Positions 1 to 12,700 of a stretch of DNA of 64,000 bases are shown here, piece after piece. The DNA is from Stylophora pistillata (taxonomy: Eukaryota): NCBI RefSeq assembly GCF_002571385.2, contig NW_019217790.1, positions 1,666,083 to 1,730,082 of the forward strand, written 5' to 3'. A program made the translations under genes and the position numbers. How positions within the stretch are numbered: position 1 is the stretch's first letter; each line of letters opens with the position of its first letter. The notes beneath the pieces are model-generated. The model was not told the origin of the DNA. It did not search any database and saw only the letters and a list, made by a program, of their open reading frames with translations.

Positions 1-695
1 CAAAATCTGAGATCGGCTACCAGTGTCCTTAATCGGAAATCGGACACAAGTGTGCAAAATCTGAGATCGGCTACCAGTGTCCTTAATCGGAAATCGGACA
101 CAAGTGTGCAAAATCTGAGATCGGCTACCAGTGTCCTTAATCGGAAATCGGACACAAGTGTGCAAAATCTGAGATCGGCCACCAGTGTCCTTAATCGGAA
201 ATCGGACACAAGTGTGCAAAATCTGAGATCGGCCACCAGTGTCCTTAATCGGAAATCGGACACAAGTGTGCAAAATCTGAGATCGGCCACCAGTGTCCTT
301 AATCGGAAATCGGACACAAGTGTGCAAAATCTGAGATCGGCTACCAGTGTCCTTAATCGGAAATCGGACACAAGTGTGCAAAATCTGAGATCGGCTACCA
401 GTGTCCTTAATCGGAAATCGGACACAAGTGTGCAAAATCTGAGATCGGCTACCAGTGTCCTTAATCGGAAATCGGACACAAGTGTGCAAAATCTGAGATC
501 GGCTACCAGTGTCCTTAATCGGAAATCGGACACAAGTGTGCAAAATCTGAGATCGGCTACCAGTGTCCTTAATCGGAAATCGGACACAAGTGTGCAAAAT
601 CTGAGATCGGCTACCAGTGTCCTTAATCGGAAATCGGACACAAGTGTGCAAAATCTGAGATCGGCTACCAGCGTCCTTAATCGGAAATCGGACAC
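1..695. repeat. 54-bp tandem minisatellite, about 13 near-identical copies, continuing off the left edge; lies in an intron of the beta-galactosidase gene
   Basis: Unit CAAAATCTGAGATCGGC(T/C)ACCAGTGTCCTTAATCGGAAATCGGACACAAGTGTG starts at 1, 55, 109 and so on; no spacers. Confidence 0.97.
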
Positions 696-764
696 TGTTG
701 TTCCCAAAGTTAACATTAAGGGTCGCGGCTTTTTGCGCGTAGTTGTTACATTTCAAAACATTAC

Positions 765-3700
765 CTTTTCGCATCTTGTTCATGTCCCAAACAAAGTTTG
801 TTCGTCCCATGTTTTCTACCAAGATCTCCAGGTTGTGCTTGGTTTGCTTGGCTGAGCGTAGTGACTGTTCATGATTCTGACTCACTGCAATCACCACAGG
901 ACTTTTATATCCCATACTTGCGTCATATGTTTGAATCAGTACAGAATCTAAAAGGATCTGAGGCAATCGATGTTTTAAAAATATTGTTGGACTGTTTGGG
1001 ACCTGACGTTAACTCTTAGCCGGAAAAAAGGCTAGTTTCATTTCAGACAGGTGGTGGATAAAAAAAAAACGCTCTTAATCTCTTAATATTCCTGCACTCT
1101 TCAAAAAACTGCGGCTATCTATAGCCAAGCCTCGCTTTATCTGTTAGATTAGGCAAATTAAGGAATTTCTAAGAAGCAGGTTCGAGTCGTTGAAATCTAG
1201 TTAGGAAAAGCTTGTTTGAAACACCCCCTTTCCCCACTCCCGGAGATTTACTTTGGAGCTGCTTACTTTTGTTGTTGTTTAATATACAGTGTATTATCGC
1301 CCATTTGTAAAACCATACCCGCCCGCCCCACCCCCACCAAGAAAGGAGAGGCAGGAACGAAGGAAAAACTGATCAGAAGATATGTTTGATGAATGCTACC
1401 ACTGAATTAAAAATATTGTACAGTTCGAAGCAGATACCCAAAGAAAAATTGCTCAACTAACAGCTAGCAGGGCTCCTGCAACTGATCAAAGGTCGTACCT
1501 GAGCTCTGTCCAAAATTTGCTCCATTACAATCTCCTTTGGGTAGTGAGGTAACTCTGTCTGGTACAGTATAAAACCATATCCTTGTCCTCCATTGTTATT
1601 AATTGGCAGTTGTTCCATCGGCATCACATGACCACTTTCTATGGGGGTCTAAAGCAACAAAAATTTGACGCTTTATAAATATCATATCAATGAGTTTAAG
1701 TCTACACGTTTTCTTAAGTATTGGGCGCCGCTAGCGCGGTTAGCGCGCAAGAATTTCGCTTCTTGGATTTAAAACGTGCGACAATGAACTGAACAACTGA
1801 TAGAAGGATTAACTGGAAAAAACTTAACGGCAGATTATTTGCATTCGAACGTTACCTGATATGAAAGGAGCTGGGTTAGGGACATACCCTGCTGCATGGA
1901 GACTTTACCTTTGAAAAGAAAGGGAAGAAAATAACAGAAATCAATAATTTTACCTTTCCACTAAGGAGGTATTAATGTGATTAATAATTTGAATCTTAAC
2001 GGAGAAGAGAGAGATTCTTACCGTAATCCTTTCTTGAAGAGTTCTCTGGAACTTCAGGAAGATTCTTAGGAACTACCGTTTAAAGAATCAAATAACGTAG
2101 TATTTATTTATTAAACAGACAATCAATCAAAAACAGTCCAATATATTGGGATATTTGTTGCTTAAAATTGCTCTTCATTTTAGACAAAAAATTTGAAAAG
2201 TACAACACCCATCTTTCTGTCAGTACAAGTTGTAGCCTACAATCCCGGCCAACATATACTGCACAGCATAGTAATGTACACTCAAGTCATCTAAACAACT
2301 GACTGCTCAGTGTATTTGTGTTTGTCGAATAAAGCATGAATCTATCAAAAGATCTTTGGGGTAATTGCTTGTCAATAATTTTCAAAATTCATCGGTCAAA
2401 GTTTAGTCTTTAAACTCATCCAAAAATCTGTCAAACTAGCCACTAACCCGGTAAGTTCTACTAACAGCAAATCACAATCACTATCTAATGATTATATTTT
2501 AAGTTAAAAATCACAGGTCTGCAATATTTTTTTTATTGTTGACACTAACTGGAGTGTTCTGGTGCATGCTGTTTTATGGCATCTTTAATAGAGCGGTATT
2601 TTGATGTTACATCTCCAGCTTCTGATAAAGGTGCATCATAATCTAAAATAAAATCAGTTTTTAAATTGTTCAATTGTGCACAAGTAACAAACAAGTTACC
2701 TTAATCCCAAGGATTTCTTAGGATCCTACAAAGTTTAGCAAAAGTAATTAATGCCGACATCTAGATTTACAACCCAAGCAGTGAACACTGCAGAATCTTA
2801 TTCCCTTTCTGTAGCACAGAGCAACAGGGAGCTATTCCAGGATGGAATAGGATGTCTTGCCCAAGATAATCATTCATGGACCTTGAACGGGTCTGAAAAA
2901 TGCACCACTTGATCTGAAATCTTGCTTGCCCACTGATAGGTCCCACATTTACCTCCAACTAAAATTAATCTAATATGCAAATGATTGTAACAATTCAAGT
3001 TTTTTGAAATTATTTATGGTCACCTTGCCATGCATTGAACTATAGATAAATTATTAGGGAAAAAAGGCAAAAAAATAAAATTAAAAAAAAATACTGTAAT
3101 GTACACACCATAAGAAGTTGTGGTTGGTCTAAGGCCATTTGCACCATTCATGAAGCCAAAATTTGTCCCTCCTGTAAAGCATGAATTTCTATGTATTAGC
3201 GTACTAGCGTACTAACTTCAACTCTCGAGCGAGCATGAATACCTACGTACTAGCGTACTTAATCATCCGTACCAAGCGAAAAAAAAGAAAAAAGCAATCC
3301 TATTTTGGGCATGTAATACATGTAGTTTCTAGTTATATAGTATTTAAATATTCAATATCCAATACAGGCTAGTGCACTTTTGATGCTACTTAATATCTAT
3401 TAGTTTTATAAACAACACAAAAACAAACCATGAAACATGTAGAGGTTAAAGGAGGCTCCAAACTCCAAAATTTCCCCCAGGACTTTTGCGACACTCCAAG
3501 CACTCTTGCCATTGTGGTGTTTGCTGTCACCCCACAGATCAAACCAGCCTACCCAGTATTCCATTATCAAAACAGGTTTGTCTGGCTTCAAAGTTTGCAA
3601 AAAAAGGGGAAAAAAGGGAATGAGCAACTTAATTTTTTTTTTTATATCATTACAGTCAATATATGAGCACCTGATATTATGATATTGGAAATGTTCACTA

Positions 3701-6700
3701 TCAGTGTTAACAGCATACCACAGCACCTGTGCAAAATTGTCACAAAAAAATACTTCTTTCTAACCTTGTTGAGGTCTGTACTGTAAGCTACAAACCAAGT
3801 TTTTTTCTGCTTTGGTCGTACATAAATATGAGCATAAAAAAATAAGGTTCCACAACTCACAGTATAGACCAAGCTGAGGTTGAAAGATATTTCCTTTTCT
3901 CATCTCTAGATTCAAACAGAGGGGGGACAATTTCAATTCAAACCAACTTTTGAATTTTATGCAGGCTGCACAGCAAACTACAGCCATACTAAATGAGAGA
4001 GTGACAGATAATTCCAGTTTACAATTATGTTATTTACAAAAGGAGTTTCCTAAGTATATATATGTTTATCTTGCCTAAGACTTATTACAATTCTACCTGT
4101 ATTTCTTGTAAATAAGACAGCTCTTGTCTCAAATTAAACTGGACATCTACATTGATTGTTTTCAGAACTGAAATAAAAATGTGAGAAATGAACATCAAAA
4201 AACACTTGTGACAAAAAGTCTTTTTCTCTGACTTCTTTTCAGTTTTTCAGTTGCAATCATGCATATTGAACATTAATTGAATTAATTTTTAAAAAAATGT
4301 GGTATTTACCATTTGGTAAAGTAAGGAACTCCTTTTTCAGTCCAGAATTGTTATCAGATGTAAAAAGTAACTCTGTTATTCCTCCATTTACCATAATCTG
4401 TCCAAAAATAGTATAACAGACATTTAAAAGAAAATATTATTCCAAAAGAATAAACCTGATCACCCAGCATATTAAGTAAAAATTCAGCTAAACATAATAT
4501 TCGAGGCTGGACAAGCTCAAGAAATAACAGTACTGCAGGCAGTATAACAGTAAGACCTGAAGAATTAAACTACAAACCATTTTAAGGTGTTGCATGTATT
4601 CCACATCAGCAGAAGCATAGCTGCCATATTCATTCTCTAATTGGAAAGCTACGATAGGACCACCCTTAGAAAACTGAAAACAAGGAAAAATAAAGACAAC
4701 TTAGTTAACAAAGTTTGTTTCCTCACTTTTTTTGATTAACAATTTTAGAGTACATCAAGGGTAGTCAACAGATTATGCCCAAGTCATGCTGAACAACCAA
4801 ATTCCTCATGGAATAAAAAATAATTCTGTCTCATTGTGGTACTAGGCAGTGCTTCTAATTGTCTTGAAAAATATTGAAAAAATTAATGGGAGATATTGTC
4901 CAAGTGTTGTACATCATGCACATTACCTGAAGAGGAACCAAAATTGGTAGAAATCTTTTGTAAAACTGATCAACAGCTTCAATGAATGGAGGGTACATTG
5001 ATCTGGGTTCCATGTGAGGATCACTTAACAGCCAGCTTTGAAAATATATAAAAAACATTTTCGAATGAGCACATTCTATTAAAAGCAATCTTTTTCAAAG
5101 CATTCATTATTAATTAACCTTTCATCCTATTTGCCCTTTCATTGATACGTTCTTTTTGCCAGTTCTTAAGGTCTAGAAGCTCTGTACTAAGTTATATGAA
5201 TTCCATGAAAACAATTGGGAGGAAGCTCATAAATACTGTTTTTAAAAAAAATGATCAAAAATAGATGAAGGGAGAGAGAATACAAAAATGGAGTTGAAAA
5301 ATTGGTTAAACAAAATTGGGAACTTCCCTCCCCCCCCCCCCTAAAGCATATCATCAGTCCATATTTTTTAGAAGTTCTCATAGATTGCAAAACTACAATA
5401 AGGGCAAAATGGCAGTACATCCTGTCTACAGGTCTTCAAAGTAATACCGACTGGTAACAGTTCTTAAAGCCAGTTAGCTTCATTGTAATACATAAATACT
5501 AATTAAAATTATGGTGATTTCAAACTAATGGATGTAGCCAAGAAGTTGGCATTACTAGGTGCATAGTGATTCTTCTGGTTTAGGAGTTGATCTATTATAA
5601 CTGATGCTCTTCTTGGAGACATCAAAGAGTTTTGATGACTGAAGTTGAGACTTGATCCATCAGAGACTTGAAGAGTAACAATCAGTCAAGTTTGCTACAG
5701 TATAAACTAGTCCACTGTCCATCAATCGTACCTTGGTAATCCTCCAAAGTCCCACTCAGAACAAATGTACGGTCCTGGCCTCAAGATAACATACAAACCC
5801 AACTCTTTTGCTAGCTTGATAAAGGCCCTGTTGGTAGAACAATGTCTGGTTATATAAAGTACTCATCATGATCAGTTACCCACATTTAAAACAGGATTAA
5901 CTTCCACATCTACCCCAAACTGTTCCAGTTTCCACAGCAGAAACTGGGAGTAATTTGCTTCTCTCCTTGGATGGTATGCTAGTGAACACTCCATCCATTC
6001 TAAATTGCCTGCTGTCAAATTTGTCCAGTTTCTGATGGTCCATTGATTGACCCAGTCTCCCTTAACTCTTGGGTAAGGATGAGGTCTGTGTTTTGGTCTA
6101 AAAATACAACACAATGAACCTGCAATTTGCAGATTGGCCAGTTTACTACCATATAATGTTGTCAGGTTTCCCAGAGAGCACATTGATATACTTTAATTAA
6201 ACTCTTGGGTATGGAGTGGGTCTGTGTTGTGCCTAAAACACAAAACATGAATGAGGTCTTGATTTCAGCCCTAACCTTTGGAAATGAGATCCAACACCCT
6301 ACCAATTGGACCTCTGCATCTACTTTGTAACTTAATTAGGAGTAAAGAGAAACTGTAAGTAAAGAAGGTACCCAAAACATCACCAAGGTGAAGGATGATG
6401 GAAAATTCCCTATATGTTAATTTGCATATTCAATTTGATAAAAACAAAATAGTACATTTTTGAGACACCTTGTTCTTCTAAAATGTGACTGAAACTTTTC
6501 TGAAATCTTGTATCTTACTTGCTAAAAGCCAAGACTCATAATTTACAGACAACTAATGAGATAAACTTTGAAAATGAATTCGTGTCCTTAAAAAGGGGAA
6601 ATAGTTGTTTTCACCTGATGTCCAAGTTACCATCAAACTTTAACTGACCCTTCACTTCTTCATGCACATTCCATGGAACATACCTGCAAATACAAATACT

Positions 6701-7669
6701 CTTATTTGAAGAAATCAAAAGAACTAAAAAACTGAATAATTCCAATTTAGCAGTTTATATCTGTACTTAGAGTATTACTAACTAGCAAATATGTATCAAA
6801 TAATCAACAATTGGGAAATTTAATTAATATCATTACTACACTATGATTAGAATTGTTATCACTATCATTTATTTTCCAACTTCACTATGTAGAAGACAAT
6901 AATGCACCATTTGAGAATAAACGTCCTGCTGTAATGTATATTTTTTTAACAAGATGGTTATTTAGCACTGTAAAAAAAGCAAGGGTTATGCAAGACCGCT
7001 GTTGCAAACAGCATCTTTTTTGCCCTTTTTGCTTTTCCTGCCCTTTTTGCTTTTCCTGCCTTACAACAAATACATGTAAAATAAAGCAGTTGGATAATAA
7101 ATAACTTATTAAATACGGCACAATTCTCGAAAATACTCAGCAATACTGCACACCAACAATCTTTTCGTTCCAAATGTTCAAATATCAAGCTATTAAGCTT
7201 TTCCTAGAGGTAAACGTACTCCAGCTGTTTCAACATTCAACAGGTTGCACTGCACAGCCGTGCTTTTCACATACTACTTGAACAACGACAACTGAAAAAC
7301 TGTTTCAGCTTACGTTTCTACCGTATTCAGCCCCATGGCCTTAAGTTTCACCAGTCTATCCTTCCAATACTCTGGAACTACTCTAAAGTAATGAATTGCT
7401 CCACTCATAATTCGAAGCGGTTTTCCTCGAAGAAAAAACTCCTTCTTTTCGTAAGTTAAGCTTGGTCCTGAAAGTTGAGATTTAGTTTCGCTAATAACTC
7501 TGACATTGGTCAAAACTTGGTGATGTTCAGCGTGAACCAGAGAATCAGCACTCAAGCTCTTCCTTTCAAGTAGCGTATATCCGACAAAAAGGACGATAGC
7601 AATCACGAGCAAGAATATTTGTTGTGAGCTGAGATTTGGCTTGCGGAAGAAGATTGTTTTCATTGGCAT
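765..7669 (-). CDS. Beta-galactosidase, glycoside hydrolase family 35 (GLB1-like 2/3 type); 14 exons visible, 3' end off-window
   Basis: Exons 7314-7669, 6615-6683, 5732-5827, 4927-5035, 4578-4673, 4310-4397, 4097-4167, 3429-3585, 3109-3171, 2550-2642, 2022-2072, 1856-1908, 1499-1648, 765-957, all GT-AG and in phase. Motifs: [50 protein letters not shown] (acid/base), MEYWVGWFD (nucleophile), [37 protein letters not shown]-terminal signal anchor. Confidence 0.95.
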
Positions 7670-9727
7670 TTTTGTCAACAAACGTAAGTTACTTAAGAGA
7701 AGTATTTGTCCTCAAAGTGCTATTTCTATTTGAAAACTGCACGTGACGGATGGAGTGTAGAGCCAATATTTTCCCGATCAGGTGTGAAAGGCATGATGGA
7801 GAAAGTTTTCAAAACTTTTCGCCATGAAGAACCAAAATGTCAAAATGTTCCGGGCATTACCTAGACCAGTAATTAGAGATGAAACTGGGTACGAATTCGC
7901 GCACGAAGCGTTGAACGCGGCGTCCCCGCGTGAGTTTCACGAGTGGTAGAAAGGCGAGTCCTATTTTCTTACTGGTGGGCTACCAACTAAGCAATCTTGA
8001 TGAGCTCATTCCCCACTAGGATAAACAAAAAAAAAAAAGAAAAAAAAAGATGAGGAAGAAGATGAAAAACAAATTCAAAAACTAAAAACTAGGAGTTGAC
8101 TCGCATCCTCAAAGAGCATTCATTCTCTTACTGGAAAAGTGTTAAAGGAATTTTCAGAACCAAGTGAGGTAGCTTCAATCTGAATTAAGAAAACAGAGAT
8201 AAGTTCTGTCAATTTACTTAATTTGCAATATAGAAACATTCTTTGTGGAAATCTTTTGACCATACAATAATTGATAATGATCATCACAACAGTGACAATG
8301 AGAATACTTGCGCACAGTAAATGTTACTGTTATTCTAGCGTGTCCGTGCGGAAAGTGCCAAGGAGAGGAGAGGGGATGCACATCCTTATTTTACTCTCAA
8401 CCTATGCCTTCATGTAACACAATTCACTCCAGACTCCACTCAAATTACAAGTTACACAGTGGATAACTGTTCGATCATTCAAGAAAAATGTAACTTTTAT
8501 TTAATTCAGATTCACAACCAGCATGAAAAAGAAAACATTTCACAGAAATTTACCCTGGCCTCAGTCAGGTAAAAAATAATTACAAAATTCAAATTTCAAA
8601 TTTCAACAAAACAAAGACTTAAAAGAAAATGTTGCTCCTTGTATTTGTGGCTGTGCTTAATGAAAAAAAGAAAAAAAAAATGAAACAAAACCAAAAACAA
8701 AACCTTTTGGCTAGATAGAGGAGAGGTGTAACCAGTCATACGCACGCCTTTGCCTCATAGCAGTAGTTCACATTTAAGTTCTCCTTTTAATATGATTAAA
8801 AAATTATCTTAAAACCAAGGTGAAGGGTTGTTATCTCCAGATGCTCTCTTTCACAGTGACACTTGCAAAACGTACTCCCTTACATGTTGTGGTAGTGCAT
8901 GCAAGCCCTTTACAACAGGAATCCAATGGATTATTTAATACTAGGGCTGAAATACAACAAACACTTTGACTAGAATGGCCAAATTACAGACTGAGACAAT
9001 GTGTGCTTGTGTAGCAATTCACAATCACTGCAAAATAAATATCAAAGTAAAAATTAACAATTTTTTTGTCTATTTAACACATGGAATAGTCTGAGAAGAT
9101 TATTGAAAATGTGATTGGAGAAAGATGCATTTATAACAAATACCTTTTCTGAGGAAAAGTTTTAGATTAAATTGACAATAAAGACAGCTTGAGAGAAGGA
9201 TTCTTAAAGGTTTAGTTGCTTTATTCTCTAGCCTGTCTCTTGTAACACAGTTGCTTGTTCCCTTGCATCAATGGGGGCATGCTCACTAGCTACAAGATAC
9301 AATTCTTTAAAAAAAACACAATGCATTTGACATTGCATTCATTTGCACTAACCTTTGCTTCAAAGCAATAAGGCTTTCCACGGCTCAAAAATGGCCTATT
9401 TCTTGTGATTTTTGACATCAACTATTTTCAGCTTTTTGGTTTAAGCTCACCCATTTTTCTTCTTTTCATTTTTACTCAAACCACCAAAGAGAGGCTGCCC
9501 TTGATAATATATTAATCTCCATATCAAAAATGTTTGTCTAAATTGTATATTAGTTTAAGTTACTTCTAATTACCTAGAGGCAGTATAGCTTCTAAAGAAA
9601 GGTACAAGTTGGTTAACCATTTAATTACAAATTAAATTCTTCAAATTAATCTTTTCCTGCAAATTTCTGAAGACTTCATATTCCACAGGAAACTTGAGAT
9701 AATGACATCTGTGGATAAACAATCAAA

Positions 9728-12700
9728 TCATGTGTGCTGTTGTCTTGCTTGTTGTTCTGCCAATATTTTCTCTGTTGCAGCTTTTCGTAGCTCCTTTATC
9801 CATTTTCTTGAAAAAGACCCCGGCAAGTGGAATGAGTGCTGAGAGAGTGGATTTGATAAAACAAATTACTGTTAATTGCTTCACACATGCCACACAGTCA
9901 ATGTTTTAACCATTTAATTCCCAGTTATGTGATTGACATGTAATTTCTCCATATGACAACCTTCATTATCCAACAAACTGGTAACGAGAATACCTAAACT
10001 TATCAAGTAGAAGTTGTTATCTTTGTCTAACACTTAATTCTTGTAACTAATTCACAAGGAAAACAAAGTTCAAATCCAAGAATCCATCAAACAAACCAGA
10101 AGGCTCCACATCACCCACAGAGTGCTCTATTTCAGTTTTCAAACATTTTCAAGGAACCAGCCACATATCTTAGAGTTCAAACTTCTGGTCTTACTAACCT
10201 CCATAAAACTGTGACAGTCCATTGTTGCAGGCCCCTTGGTAATGTCCTGAAGTCAAAAGTCAAGAAGCTTCTTTAATGGAGCAGCATCTTCACAAAATTT
10301 TGAGTTACTTAGTTAAATTTGCAACCTAACTTCTCCTGGAAGGATTCTCTATTATAACAATGTCATTTTTATTAGGACATAAAATGTTTGAGGGTGTGGT
10401 CAGGAGTGAAGCCATTGTCCCATCATGGAATGACTTGTGTCCTAGTACTCTAGTTTAGTGAATAATAGAAATAATGTCAGAGTTAAGAGTAACAACTGGT
10501 TTCAAAACTTGCTTTAGTTACTAACCTTCATAGCTGCGCAAAGCTGAGCAAAATCATTACACTTCATTAGTTTTCCCTCATTAAGACTCAATAATGTCAG
10601 TGCCACTCTAAGAATCACTTTTGATCCTTCATAGAACAGGCAATCCCAGATGCGAAGTACTGTCTGGAATCAGAAAAAACATTACCACAATTAACTAAAA
10701 GATTTTTCCAAATATCCATCCATTAATGGTCTACAATATATACCCATGTACATAAAATTATTTCATGGATAACTAAGAATATAACCCCTATGTTCCATGC
10801 TTATCAACTTAACATAAGGATCCCAGTCATGGCTACAACCAAGGCATCTGATCTGAAATCCATTACCTTGATGCTACCCAATAAGTTCCACACTATTGTA
10901 GTAATAAAAAATAATTGTTTACAGTGCTTCTCTCCACTCAGTAGTATGATTGGGTATATATCTTGCAAGAGAAACCTAACAAAACACTTAATATTTAATA
11001 GTCTGATGTNNNNNNNNNNNNGGTGGGGTAGGGGAGGACAGACGTTGCAATACTGCTAGAAACTTCCCGATACTGAAACTGGGATTGCATCTAGCTGGCT
11101 GGTCTTCTGGCTCATGAGCTGTCTCTACCCTTACCTTCACCTAACTAGCAAGGGAAGGTAATTTGGTTTCATCAATCAAATTGATAACTAAAGCTACGTT
11201 TTGAGTGTTAGCCCTTGTCAGAGTGAGGGAAGTGTAAGATGAACCCCATGGGAAACAGAGAAAGTTAGTGTTAGTTTTCTACTTCCCAAAGTGGGAGAAG
11301 TAAATTAATAACTTAAAAAAGATATATTCTTAAATGTAAAACTACTTTTTTTTACCTCAGTTGGTAGGACATCAATATACAGGCAGATAAACCACTTGGT
11401 AGAGAAGATTGTGTATGATACACCTAGTTTTTCTATATGCTCAAACAAGACTGGAAGCTTTACTCTGAAATTTTAAAAAAGAGATAAAGGAAATTTAAAA
11501 GTTAAAAAAAGATTAAGTTAAACCCCCTTGCTATATTAGGAGATACAATAAAGTAATGCATTAGATATAATTAAATATCCTCAACTTACTCCTTTTACTG
11601 TTTATTTTCTTTAACTACAAAACTATTACACTAACTCTCATTTCCAAGTAGTTTGCTGCTGACATTAATTTTTCTAATTGAAGGCACTGGACAGTGCTTG
11701 ATGGATCAGAAACTCAAATATATCTGAAAAAAGTAAAAGATGTACAAGTATTTTTCTAGGATGCTTAATTACAGGGTTTGTACACTTTTGACCTGTTAAA
11801 ATTCCATGACTTTCCATGACTTTTTCAATGACCTTTTGAAAGATTCCATGACCTGTTTGCAAACATTCTCATCATACGTACTTCTGTTTATTTCTAATGA
11901 AATTAAATCTGATTTTTTGACTCATCAGTTAACTTTTCAACTTTGGGTCTTATTGCCTTTCACTCATAGAGAGCATATCGATTTTCCATGACTTTCCATG
12001 ACCCACACCTAAATTTCATGACTTTTCCAGGCCTAGAAAATGAAATTTTGAAATTCCACAACTTTCCAGGTTTTCCATGACCTGTACGAACCCTGAATTA
12101 ACACCAATTTCATCTACCAAACCACTCCAGAAAATCCAAAAATTGAGAGTGCCTCTCCATGAAATCATTGGATTGAGGTCAGGTTCTGAGCAACTATGTA
12201 GCCACCCCTCCTCTAATCCAACATTCACCCTAATTTGTTATCAGTTGACTGTTGTTGGGTTAGGGGAGGGGAGGTTGGTGCACAGTTGCTCAAATGCTGA
12301 GATTGATCCAAATCATTAATGAACAGAATGCTACTGTAGATTTCAAACATTCTTGTGTCTGAATAAAACATCCATACATTCTGCTTTTCTTTCGAAGGAA
12401 GTTAAGCTAACAAGCCTGGTTGTTTAGTTTGTTTATTTGTTTGTTTTTTAACTTTCCCTGTCATTAATTCAACTCTAATTAGGATTAATAATAATGTTGC
12501 ATTCAACTATCTGTACAGCCAATGCCAGATAAATTACCTGACTACTTCACGCAGTGTTTCTTGTTCAATTTGCAAACCAAGCATGTCCTTAGCATAGTAA
12601 TCTGCAGAAAGACAGTGACAAATACATTTAACAAATGGATGTAAAAAGGTTATTCTAAAAGTTTTGATGGGATTTATCCAAGGTAGGTTCTTTAAAATCT

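Noticed and set aside
52-855. 267-aa ORF of 18-aa repeats, or a CRISPR-like array
   Set aside because: Stop-free by chance because the unit is a multiple of 3; GTG start; antisense to a beta-galactosidase intron and exon; no spacers and no cas genes
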